Of a stretch of 64,000 nt of DNA, positions 56,113 to 64,000 are shown one piece after another; position 1 is the stretch's first letter; each line of letters begins with the position of its first letter. The notes beneath the pieces are model-generated. The model saw only the letters and a program-made list of their open reading frames with translations, had not been told where the DNA came from and did not search any database. The stretch is from Anaerolineae bacterium. GTDB lineage: Bacteria > Chloroflexota > Anaerolineae > Promineifilales > Promineifilaceae. Both the position numbers and the translations under genes were made by a program. The DNA lies in assembly GCA_045105475.1 (NCBI GenBank), contig JBGCDP010000222.1, forward strand, positions 4,471 through 68,470. The letters run 5' to 3'.

Positions 56113-56412
56113 ATGAAAGAAATAGCCACTGCCCCAACCAAGAAAGGGGCACGGTATATGAAAGCTTTGGTGAACCACTTTAGTCGTAAAGGGGATGCAA
56201 CTTATGAAGGAAACCAAGGTTCAATCTCATTTGGCTTCGGCCGTTGTGAAATCGAAGCGCAGAGTGACACGCTCATCTTTATTGCAGAAGGTGAGACACA
56301 GCAAAAACTGACTCAACTCGAGGGGGTTATCAGCAGCCATTTAAAGCGATTTATGCAAGACGAAGAAGTGATATTAAATTGGGTAGCGCTCAGTCCAGAA
56401 CAAACCGCTTAG
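56113..56412 (+). CDS. DUF2218 domain protein
   Basis: The pattern ARYMKALVNHFSRKG...ISFGFGRCEI...VISSHLKRF matches my recollection of DUF2218. Confidence 0.6.
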   Translation: MKEIATAPTKKGARYMKALVNHFSRKGDATYEGNQGSISFGFGRCEIEAQSDTLIFIAEGETQQKLTQLEGVISSHLKRFMQDEEVILNWVALSPEQTA

Positions 56413-56433
56413 TGAAAAAGGAAATTAACTTCT

Positions 56434-57987
56434 ATGGAAAAGAAAGAACAATTACGGCCAGTTATTGCTGGGAATTCGCCCATTGCTGTTGACCTAGAAA
56501 AGGATAGTGAATATTACTTTTGCCGGTGTGGCCAATCAAAATCACAGCCATTTTGTGATGGGTCTCACGCCGGAACCGACTTTACCCCATTACCTTTTAT
56601 CGCAGATGCATCTGAAACAGCTTACCTATGCGCTTGCAAACATACAGGTAATGCACCGTTTTGTGATGGGACGCATAAGCAGTTTTCGGCCGATGATGTG
56701 GGGAAAGAAGGGCCAGGAAAACAGTCACCTAAAAATCAACAGCCAGAACCTGCCCCCACACCGGAAGAACCGCATGTCGCATTTATCCACCAACTGGCAA
56801 GAGAAGGGTTAAGCAAGCTTGGCCACCACGGCCCGATGACCGCAATGGGGGTTCCTCGTGACAACTTACCCAAGTGGGACGACATTCAGATTATGACCGC
56901 CCAACTAGCGACCAAACCACTAATGGATGATGATCCGGTCAGCACAACGCTTACGATTGGACCTCGAGCCAAAAAGCCTTTGCACCTAGATATTCCGCTC
57001 TTCGTTTCAGATATGAGCTTTGGCTCACTGTCGGAAGAAGCCAAGGTGTCACTTGCTCGTGGTGCTGAATTAGCAGGCACGGGCATCTGCTCGGGCGAAG
57101 GCGGGATGCTGCCGGAAGAACAGGCTGAAAACGGCCGGTATTTTTATGAACTGGCCAGTGCAATGTTTGGCTTTGAAGAATCTCTGCTAACCCGTGTGCA
57201 GGCCTTCCACTTTAAAGGGGGACAAGGTGCCAAAACCGGAACAGGTGGACATTTACCAGGCAATAAAAATCGAGGAAAAATATCGCAAGTTAGAGGTATA
57301 CCGGAAGGTGAAGCGGCTATCTCTCCCCCGACGTTTCGTGATCTTCATTCGGCCGATGATTTTCGACGGTTTGCTGACCGGGTGCGGGAAATAACAGGCG
57401 GTATTCCAATCGGATTCAAGCTCAGCGCCAACCATATCGAACGGGATATGCAGTTTGCCCTTGATGCGAGTGCCGACTACATCATTTTAGACGGACGTGG
57501 TGGTGGAACCGGGGCTGCACCCTCTTTATTCAGGGACCACATCAGCGTGCCAACGATACCGGCTTTGGCCCGAGCACGGCGGTTCTTAGATAAAAAGGGG
57601 CTGTCTGGTGAGATCACCTTAATCGCCACAGGCGGTCTTAGAACACCGGCCGATTATGTCAAAGCTTTGGCCCTTGGTGCCGATGGCATAGCCCTTTCTA
57701 ATGCCCCGATGCAGGCGATCGGTTGTGTAGGCGCACGCATTTGCAATACCAATAATTGCCCGGCCGGGATTGCGACCCAAAAGCCGGAGCTACGAGCACG
57801 GCTTAACGTTCAGATCGCAACCGAACGGTTGGCCCGCTTCTTCGGCGCGTCAACCGACCTCATGAAAGTGATGGCTCGCGCTTGCGGGCATGACGATATG
57901 GCTAAGTTTAATATCGATGATATCGCCACATGGAATCGGGAGTTATCAGAGCTGGCAGGCATTGCCTATGCGGGCCACTCGCAGTAA
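56434..57987 (+). CDS. Glutamate synthase-related FMN protein (GltS domain-2-like) with two N-terminal CDGSH iron-sulfur motifs
   Basis: CDGSH motifs CRCGQSKSQPFCDGSH and CACKHTGNAPFCDGTH. The GltB-type FMN barrel has ILDGRGGGTGAAP and ATGGLRT. Confidence 0.8.
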   Translation: MEKKEQLRPVIAGNSPIAVDLEKDSEYYFCRCGQSKSQPFCDGSHAGTDFTPLPFIADASETAYLCACKHTGNAPFCDGTHKQFSADDVGKEGPGKQSPKNQQPEPAPTPEEPHVAFIHQLAREGLSKLGHHGPMTAMGVPRDNLPKWDDIQIMTAQLATKPLMDDDPVSTTLTIGPRAKKPLHLDIPLFVSDMSFGSLSEEAKVSLARGAELAGTGICSGEGGMLPEEQAENGRYFYELASAMFGFEESLLTRVQAFHFKGGQGAKTGTGGHLPGNKNRGKISQVRGIPEGEAAISPPTFRDLHSADDFRRFADRVREITGGIPIGFKLSANHIERDMQFALDASADYIILDGRGGGTGAAPSLFRDHISVPTIPALARARRFLDKKGLSGEITLIATGGLRTPADYVKALALGADGIALSNAPMQAIGCVGARICNTNNCPAGIATQKPELRARLNVQIATERLARFFGASTDLMKVMARACGHDDMAKFNIDDIATWNRELSELAGIAYAGHSQ

Positions 57988-58010
57988 GCAGTTTTTTGAC
58001 CTTAATTCTA

Positions 58011-58062
58011 TAGCTAGGCGCACTGAGTATCTCACTGATGGGATACTCAGTGCGCCTAGCTA
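58011..58062. terminator. Very long perfect hairpin between convergent genes
   Basis: 21-bp arms tagctaggcgcactgagtatc / gatactcagtgcgcctagcta with a 10-nt loop. There is no clear U-tract. Confidence 0.5.
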
Positions 58063-58117
58063 CAGATAGCAAATGTATTGGTTAAACAGTGTAGGCATTC
58101 CCATGGGAAACGCTTGT

Positions 58118-60340
58118 TTATTCCTCTTCAGTTAGCACGCTTTCAGACGGCCGGCCGTTGTGTACCAACAAAACCGCACGCAAATCGGCCGCTATGCTGT
58201 CTAGCTGGGCAGCATAACTATCAATATCATCAATCGCTGGCGCCTGCATCCCCCACAACGTGAGGTCAGTCTCTTCAGAGTTCCGTTTAACAATCGACCT
58301 AAATGGCTCATCTGGATAGTCAGGTGTTAACACAACCGGTGTCGCGCTAACCCGCACATGGTCAATCATCTCCAGCATATGTTCTTCAATCTGAGAAATA
58401 CTGGCTTCTTGAGGCACAACTCGAATCAGACGAATCTCAGCATCACCCCAATCTCGATGTTGAAGGAAAATATGGGCCAGCAGCAGCATCAAATCCGCGT
58501 TTCCTTCTACACCCCTTGACCAAATATCAATCTTCCGTTTCGCCCCAAATCCAAATTCAGGGTGAGTCCGCAGAATTAAGGTCGATTTGCCCAATCCATG
58601 CAGACGGCGCATGATTTTGATCTGCATCGTTAGCCCTGGCAAAGTGCGGCTCCACCCCATAACGATAAAGTTTGGCTCTAAGCCGCCGATTCCATGAGAT
58701 TGAGAAACGGTCAGGGCCCCTTCTTCAAAACTGCTGACGATTTCCGCTTCAGCAAACGCATCTAGGTGATGATCAGAAATATATTTCTTGATATTCTTCT
58801 TCGCAATCTCGCGAAAGCCTGCGTCAATCAGCTTATCTGCATCTCCGATAATGAGTTGGAAAAAGGTGACGATCCCGTACCCGAGCGTCAACCATTTGGC
58901 GAGTTCAACAAGTGATTCTCTGTTGTGGGGCTGGCCGGTAAAAACGATCAAGTTCGGCCGCCAATTCCGCCTCGACAAATCCATTTTCTCTAAACGAAGC
59001 AGGGTTGATCTTACCAATGAAAAGAGCAGCCCACTGCGCACATCGCCCCAGTTGCGGGTCAGTTCTCGCCTTCGCAATAGAAAATAGATGCCGTAGGTGA
59101 TGACCAACGCCACGATGGTGGCCGTTGCATTGATGAGAAACATCGCCCCATAACAGCCAATCGCACCCAACAAGGAAAGGGACCAGTGAATCTTAAAGCG
59201 GGGGCGAAAACTAGGGTTCCCAACCAGTTTCTCTAACCCTGCGATCAAATTGACCATGCCGTAGGTGTTTAAGAAAAACATCGCGATGATCGGTGCCACC
59301 ACGTTCAAATCCCCTATCCAAATCACAATGACGGCAATAACGGTTGATAAAATTACCGCCACACGTGGCTCTGTGGGGCTGCCTAATTGGCGAGCAAACA
59401 CTTTTGGCACCACATTGTCCAATGCAATGGCTTGCAGGGTGCGGGGAGCAGCAAGAATACTGCCTAGAGCTGACGACAAAGTGGATGCCCACACGCCGAA
59501 AAGGATGAGGGCTGGCCAAACGGCAATCGACTGCATCGCCATATTTTCAGTAATGAGGGTTTCGGCCGACAGATGGGTTGCGAACCAAATGACTGCGAGG
59601 ATGTAGACAACGGCCGTGACCCCAATCGAAAGCAGGGTACCACGTGGAATATCTCGGCTCGGGTCTTTTAAGTCCCCCGACATACTGACCCCGACTTCAA
59701 TGCCGGTTACGGCTGGGAAGAAGACCGCAAATACGACCCAAAAGGTATTCCCATCTGTCAGTTGAGCATCAGCCAAGGGGGCTTGAATTGAGTCCCATCC
59801 TCCGGCAAAAAATGAGATCAGCGATGCAATCAAAATCGCCAGAATGAAGTATTGAATCTTGAGCGCAAAATCAGCCCCAATAAACGAGATGACCCCAAAC
59901 AAAAGGGCAACACCGGTTGAAACAAGGCGAGGATCAATCGCTTGCACCGCTTCGATTGTGTACAGAGCCTCAGTAAACCCGATAATGTAAAAGGCGATAG
60001 AAATCGCTTGGGACAAAAAGAGGGGAATACCAATTGCGCCACCGATTTCTAACCCCAAAGTGCGGGAAATCAGATAGTAGTTTCCCCCTGCCCGCACATT
60101 CATGCTGGTTGAAATCGAAGAAAGGGAAAGGCCGGTCAAAAAAGAGATGACATTGGCCAAAACGACGATTGCCAAAGCTCCCCAAAGACCAACTTGCCCA
60201 ACAACCCATCCGATTCTCAGAAATAAGATAATCCCAAGAATGGTTAAAACATTGGGGACAAATACCCCTGAAAACATACCAAATCGGCCAGCTGAGGTCG
60301 TAGTGCTGGGTTTGGGCGAACCTGAAGAAAGGGTGCTCAT
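58118..60340 (-). CDS. SLC12-type cation:chloride cotransporter homologue (APC-fold permease plus large cytoplasmic C-terminal domain)
   Basis: The sequence FGMFSGVFVPNVLTILGIILFLRIGWVVG...AGGNYYLISRTLGLEIGGAIG closely follows the eukaryotic CCC pattern. The ATG at 60340 is preferred to the TTG at 60361. Confidence 0.8.
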   Translation of the reverse strand: MSTLSSGSPKPSTTTSAGRFGMFSGVFVPNVLTILGIILFLRIGWVVGQVGLWGALAIVVLANVISFLTGLSLSSISTSMNVRAGGNYYLISRTLGLEIGGAIGIPLFLSQAISIAFYIIGFTEALYTIEAVQAIDPRLVSTGVALLFGVISFIGADFALKIQYFILAILIASLISFFAGGWDSIQAPLADAQLTDGNTFWVVFAVFFPAVTGIEVGVSMSGDLKDPSRDIPRGTLLSIGVTAVVYILAVIWFATHLSAETLITENMAMQSIAVWPALILFGVWASTLSSALGSILAAPRTLQAIALDNVVPKVFARQLGSPTEPRVAVILSTVIAVIVIWIGDLNVVAPIIAMFFLNTYGMVNLIAGLEKLVGNPSFRPRFKIHWSLSLLGAIGCYGAMFLINATATIVALVITYGIYFLLRRRELTRNWGDVRSGLLFSLVRSTLLRLEKMDLSRRNWRPNLIVFTGQPHNRESLVELAKWLTLGYGIVTFFQLIIGDADKLIDAGFREIAKKNIKKYISDHHLDAFAEAEIVSSFEEGALTVSQSHGIGGLEPNFIVMGWSRTLPGLTMQIKIMRRLHGLGKSTLILRTHPEFGFGAKRKIDIWSRGVEGNADLMLLLAHIFLQHRDWGDAEIRLIRVVPQEASISQIEEHMLEMIDHVRVSATPVVLTPDYPDEPFRSIVKRNSEETDLTLWGMQAPAIDDIDSYAAQLDSIAADLRAVLLVHNGRPSESVLTEEE

Positions 60341-60515
60341 GAATGTATCCCGTGCCTGCAAAGTAGACAGGCTTAGCTTTATGATGACACAATCATCTCT
60401 GATTGAGCGGTTTTAGCAAATTTTGGGTTGAGGATAATTTCAATCGGCCGATCATCCTTAAGTCAGGCCAAACACAGTTTCAGATGGCACAGACACAAGC
60501 CGATGATGTTGACAA

Positions 60516-61817
60516 CTATGGATGTCGCTGAGTGACATAGCTGCGCAAAGTATTCCCTGCATACGCTGTTCGGGCTCGCCCACGTCTTTGCAATTCCGGA
60601 ACTAGCAGATCAATCATATCCCCAAAATAGTCCGGCTTGTAGTAGGTGGCTCGCAACATAAACCCATCTGAGCCGACCGTATCAATTTCCGATTCCAACC
60701 CATCAGCCACATCAGCCGGATTACCAACATAGCGTTCATCAGACGCTTTGTTTTCCATAAAACGACCCAACTCAAGCAGTGTCTGGTTTCTCTCAGCAGC
60801 AATGTTGAAGATACCTTGATAGCCGGTCACTTGATCAACAATTTCTCGAACCGGAGTATGCGGGGAATAATCAGAGAGATCGAACCCGGCACTCTGCGAC
60901 ACGATTTGCATGCAGATTTCATCCGGGATGCTCTCCCCGATTTGGGCCGCCATCTCCTGCGCCTCTAGCCGGCTTGAACGTACGACCCCACCGACGGGGA
61001 AGAGGATACGCACGCTGTGCGGGTCCCGGCCGGCATCAGAAATAGCTGAACGCCAGCGATCTACCATTTTCTTCTTGATGTCGAGCGGTGCGCCTGGGCC
61101 AAAAATCACTTCCGCATTCCGGCCTGCAAACTTTGTTCCTTCGGCCGACGACCCTGCCTGTACCAGCACCGGCTGCCCTTGCGGCCCCCTATGCACCGAT
61201 AGCGGGCCAGTAGACTTGAACCATTCCCCTTCAAAGTCAACGCGACGCACCTTATCAGGATCGGAGACAATTTGTTTGCCGTAATCCATCACCAAAGCAT
61301 CCTCATCCCACGAATCCCACAGTTTTTTGACAAGGTCGACGAATTCATAGGCCATTTCGTACCGTTTGTCGTGGTCTGGCAGAACAAGACCCAGCTGACC
61401 CCCTTCAGCTTGGTTAACAGAGGTCACGACATTCCAAGCGACCCGGCCGTTCGTAATATGATCAAGCGTCTGCATCTTTCGAGCGACCATATAGGGATTA
61501 TAAAATGAGGTCGACATCGTCACCATGAAGCCAACCCTTTTGGCAACAGCTGAAAGGCGTGGAACGAGCAATAGAGGGTCTAGAAGCGGAAATCGTTCAC
61601 CGTAACGAATAGAGGTTCTATCGTTGGTTCCGCCCCAGAAATCAGCAAAAAAAATAGCATCCAAAAGACCACGATCAGCAATCTGGGCGATTTCTTCCCA
61701 GTATCGAATATCAGTCCAGGGAGCCTTTGCATCGGTCTTGTTGCTGGGGAAAATAATTCCAAGGTCCGGCTCATAGAGGGTGAAGGCGTTGAGATGGATG
61801 ATTTCGGACTTAGACAT
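60516..61817 (-). CDS. LLM-class flavin-dependent monooxygenase (NtaA/SnaA/DszA-like)
   Basis: The length, the N-terminus HLNAFT and the FFADFWGG region are typical of this family. Confidence 0.85.
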   Translation of the reverse strand: MSKSEIIHLNAFTLYEPDLGIIFPSNKTDAKAPWTDIRYWEEIAQIADRGLLDAIFFADFWGGTNDRTSIRYGERFPLLDPLLLVPRLSAVAKRVGFMVTMSTSFYNPYMVARKMQTLDHITNGRVAWNVVTSVNQAEGGQLGLVLPDHDKRYEMAYEFVDLVKKLWDSWDEDALVMDYGKQIVSDPDKVRRVDFEGEWFKSTGPLSVHRGPQGQPVLVQAGSSAEGTKFAGRNAEVIFGPGAPLDIKKKMVDRWRSAISDAGRDPHSVRILFPVGGVVRSSRLEAQEMAAQIGESIPDEICMQIVSQSAGFDLSDYSPHTPVREIVDQVTGYQGIFNIAAERNQTLLELGRFMENKASDERYVGNPADVADGLESEIDTVGSDGFMLRATYYKPDYFGDMIDLLVPELQRRGRARTAYAGNTLRSYVTQRHP

Positions 61818-62142
61818 ATGCTGCTCACGACGCTAAATTTATTGATTAAGGTTGATCACAATATTATTGAGAAATGTTAATTCAGACCAGCTTCGGCCGG
61901 AGCACATTATCCAGCCAACATCGTCCGGCCGATTTTTCACCAGCTCATGAATTCGTCACGTTCGTTTCAAACAGATAGCTATTCAAGACTTTCTGAAGCC
62001 GCTGATTGAGCATCCTCACTATTCTTCTAAATCTAAACTCGTTCTTTTTGGTAGCTGGTGGCTCATGGGTAACCGGCCGCTTCTTGTTCCAAATGATCTA
62101 CCGTATGTTACAAGCAGTGGAGTGCGGATACCCTGTGGGAGA

Positions 62143-62454
62143 TCACGCTTCGGGCAACCACTTCAACCATTTCCTCTGCACGGCTGCATCCATATCAACA
62201 TCAAAACGATTAGCCAACAATAGTAAATGACCCAGCACGTCTGCAAGCTCATTTTCAAAACGGGTTTTACCTGATTCAGCCCCCTCCCCACGATCTCTCC
62301 CTTGCCCCTGCATATTTAGATAGGCTTGCACCAACTCTCCAATCTCTTCATTGATTTTCAACACAAACCAATCGTCTGTGCGGTCGATCCCGTTTCTTTC
62401 AGCATATAACGATGACACAGTTTCGACTTGTTTTGCTAAATCTGGAATATTCAT
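62143..62454 (-). CDS. MazG-like nucleotide pyrophosphohydrolase domain protein
   Basis: Motifs EEIGELVQAY and ENELADVLGHLLLLANRFDVD (EXXE-type). Confidence 0.7.
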   Translation of the reverse strand: MNIPDLAKQVETVSSLYAERNGIDRTDDWFVLKINEEIGELVQAYLNMQGQGRDRGEGAESGKTRFENELADVLGHLLLLANRFDVDMDAAVQRKWLKWLPEA

Positions 62455-62481
62455 AAGGGTATTGTTTGTGGAAGGTGCTGT

Positions 62482-62904
62482 TTAATTTTTCGGTTTCTCA
62501 CCCAGATACTGCGTGAAGCGGAGCATGTAACCGTCTGGGTCTTGAACAAGAAACTCCATTTGGCCCGATAGCGTTTTACCGGTGTCATACCAAGACTCTT
62601 TAGGGTCACGATATAGTTTTATCTGTACATCATTGATGCGAGTAAGAATAGGTTCAATATTTGTTAGCTCGATTTGGAAGTTCACCCCACGGCCGAAAGG
62701 ATGAGCCAAGTCTGCAACATTCCAACCTTCAGCATGAAATTGCTCGATCATGATCTGCACCTTTTCTTGTTCAAGATAGGCAAAAGCGGGTGATTCTCTT
62801 TGGTTCCGTACAGAAAAACCAAGTATTTCTGTATAAAAGGCAAGAGATTTATCGAAGTCTGAGACGGTGAGTTCAGGCACCATGACGTTCCAATATTCAC
62901 TCAT
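62482..62904 (-). CDS. VOC (glyoxalase/bleomycin-resistance) family protein
   Basis: N-terminus VPELTVSDFDKSLAFYTEILGF, with paired beta-alpha-beta-beta-beta modules. Confidence 0.75.
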   Translation of the reverse strand: MSEYWNVMVPELTVSDFDKSLAFYTEILGFSVRNQRESPAFAYLEQEKVQIMIEQFHAEGWNVADLAHPFGRGVNFQIELTNIEPILTRINDVQIKLYRDPKESWYDTGKTLSGQMEFLVQDPDGYMLRFTQYLGEKPKN

Positions 62905-63080
62905 TTTAATGCTCCAGAAAAGCAGAATTTTGGCTGGCTATTGTGACAAAGTATTAAGCTGCGCATGACCCCAATAGTACTCCAATTTCAGTCTTATCCC
63001 GCCTCGCAATCAAACAGACGACTGGCTTAGACGTTCCGCGTTAATTAACTTGTTACGGGAACTACGAAACGAAACGGCCG

Positions 63081-63650
63081 TTAGTCAGGTCTTGTGCACA
63101 GGTCGTATGTAGGGCAATGGAAGATGCAGGTTTGATGTCCTTCACCAAGTTGCTCTGAATCATGCACCGGTGATCCGTATTCTCCGACTTTCACTAGCAC
63201 CGATCCATTTTCCCAGCTCATGATGACACTGTGTTCGCGATCCCAAGGCACGCTTAGATCGAGGACGACATAGATCGGTTTTCCGGGATCGAAGTCAGGA
63301 GTTTGCCAGGGTGTTTCTGTCACCTGTTTGAGCTCTAATCCACCGAGCTTGACACCGTTCCAGATAGTGTCGAGTGTAGGAGCAACACCATTGAGCTCTT
63401 CAAGGATATGAGTCGGGTCGTGGACGGCTCTGCTCATCATGTTGAAGTGCGCTAGTAGGTGACGTGCCGCTTCGTCACGCTCGGCCGAGTTCTTGGATAG
63501 CAAAGCTCGCACCACGTCTACCGCTTGGGTCGAGTTTATGTCGTCGAGTTCAGAGAAGATGCTCAGCAGGGCACCGTCGAACATAGGGAGCGGAATTGCG
63601 CCGCCTCTCGTCTCTATCGCTTCAAGAATGTCGGTGTCAGTTATTCGCAA
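63081..63650 (-). CDS. Hypothetical protein (C-terminal part weakly reminiscent of DUF6985/immunity-like domains)
   Basis: 189-aa ORF. The segment YVVLDLSVPWDREHSVIMSWENGSVLVKVG is notable. It overlaps the upstream ORF by 14 nt. Confidence 0.4.
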   Translation of the reverse strand: MRITDTDILEAIETRGGAIPLPMFDGALLSIFSELDDINSTQAVDVVRALLSKNSAERDEAARHLLAHFNMMSRAVHDPTHILEELNGVAPTLDTIWNGVKLGGLELKQVTETPWQTPDFDPGKPIYVVLDLSVPWDREHSVIMSWENGSVLVKVGEYGSPVHDSEQLGEGHQTCIFHCPTYDLCTRPD

Positions 63651-64000
63651 AATGTTTCTCGGCTAATAACCTCATCACATCTAAACCATAGGTGAATCGA
63701 CGGCTATACTTTTCGTACTCTTCAACTGGTAACTGGCCTATGTTTTCAAAACCATCCAATAAATAGCCAGCTTCAAATTGCAAAAGTGGTTTTAAGCCAT
63801 CCTCATCGAGTGGCTTGTGACCAATAACCTCGCCCCCAACATAGCCGATTGAGTTGATATGGATCACCCCTTGCTCAATGATTTTGCATTCGTGGATATC
63901 TGCTTTTGTAGGATGATTTTCTCCGAACCAGTCATGTAAGCCAACTAAGACAGTTTTAGTTCTCCGGCCGCTTTTCTTCTTAATCAACAGTACACGGCCG
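63637..64000 (-). CDS. Hypothetical protein, probably 5'-truncated by the window edge
   Basis: The reading frame stays open to the window end. The only in-window start is the TTG at 63987. No family recognised. Confidence 0.35.
   Translation of the reverse strand, partial: GRVLLIKKKSGRRTKTVLVGLHDWFGENHPTKADIHECKIIEQGVIHINSIGYVGGEVIGHKPLDEDGLKPLLQFEAGYLLDGFENIGQLPVEEYEKYSRRFTYGLDVMRLLAEKHFANN

Larger units (their letters stand above)
1..64000. repeat. Dispersed, hyper-abundant palindromic hexamer CGGCCG (HIP-like signature), mostly inside CDSs
   Basis: Hand counts are 12 copies in 1-3000, 10 in 20591-22639 and 10 in 33301-36300. Two copies abut at 22590-22601. None occur in the AT-rich spacers or in the low-GC gene 16036-16779. 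Confidence 0.75.

Overview
This is a densely coding 64-kb chromosomal segment. It holds about 60 protein genes on both strands and one tRNA-Leu(CAA). I recognised no rRNA, CRISPR array, transposase or integrase. All product names come from reading motifs in the supplied translations; no database search was possible.

Content: housekeeping and metabolic genes are moaB, a dGTPase, galT-galK, a pdhA/pdhB/E2 operon, rsgA, a Lon-like protease, a PrpE/Acs-family CoA ligase, a non-Pyl MttB-family methyltransferase, an LLM monooxygenase and an SLC12-type transporter. Interleaved with these is a rich envelope and secretome set: a sortase, a PstP-like membrane PP2C, a LysM protein, a CIA30 lipoprotein, a phosphodiester glycosidase, a metzincin, an S8 subtilase and several Pro/Thr-linker proteins. 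The style suggests a monoderm, Terrabacteria/Chloroflexota-like organism, but that is inference only.

Main observations:
1. The palindromic hexamer CGGCCG is massively over-represented across the window, about 3-5 copies per kb by hand count. Most copies are built into codons as NCG-GCC-GNN, which resembles the cyanobacterial HIP1 signature.
2. Two unrelated secreted proteins end in the same extreme C-terminal octapeptide, [I/L]-[Y/F]-[I/L]-P-[L/V]-V-V-R-COOH, after a low-complexity linker. This may be an undescribed sorting or anchoring tag.
3. A TPM-domain gene is interrupted by a single in-frame TAA.
4. A PP2C phosphatase has an unusual alternating PT/hydrophobic tail and sits next to the sortase.
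5. An AraC-linked cluster of uncharacterised genes includes an MBL lipoprotein with tandem ABM-like modules and an internal SD-ATG, plus a cupin, a DUF5519-like lipoprotein, a DUF2218 protein and a CDGSH-GltS fusion.
6. There are several candidate operators and many long perfect hairpins.

I could not identify a canonical defence or mobile system.
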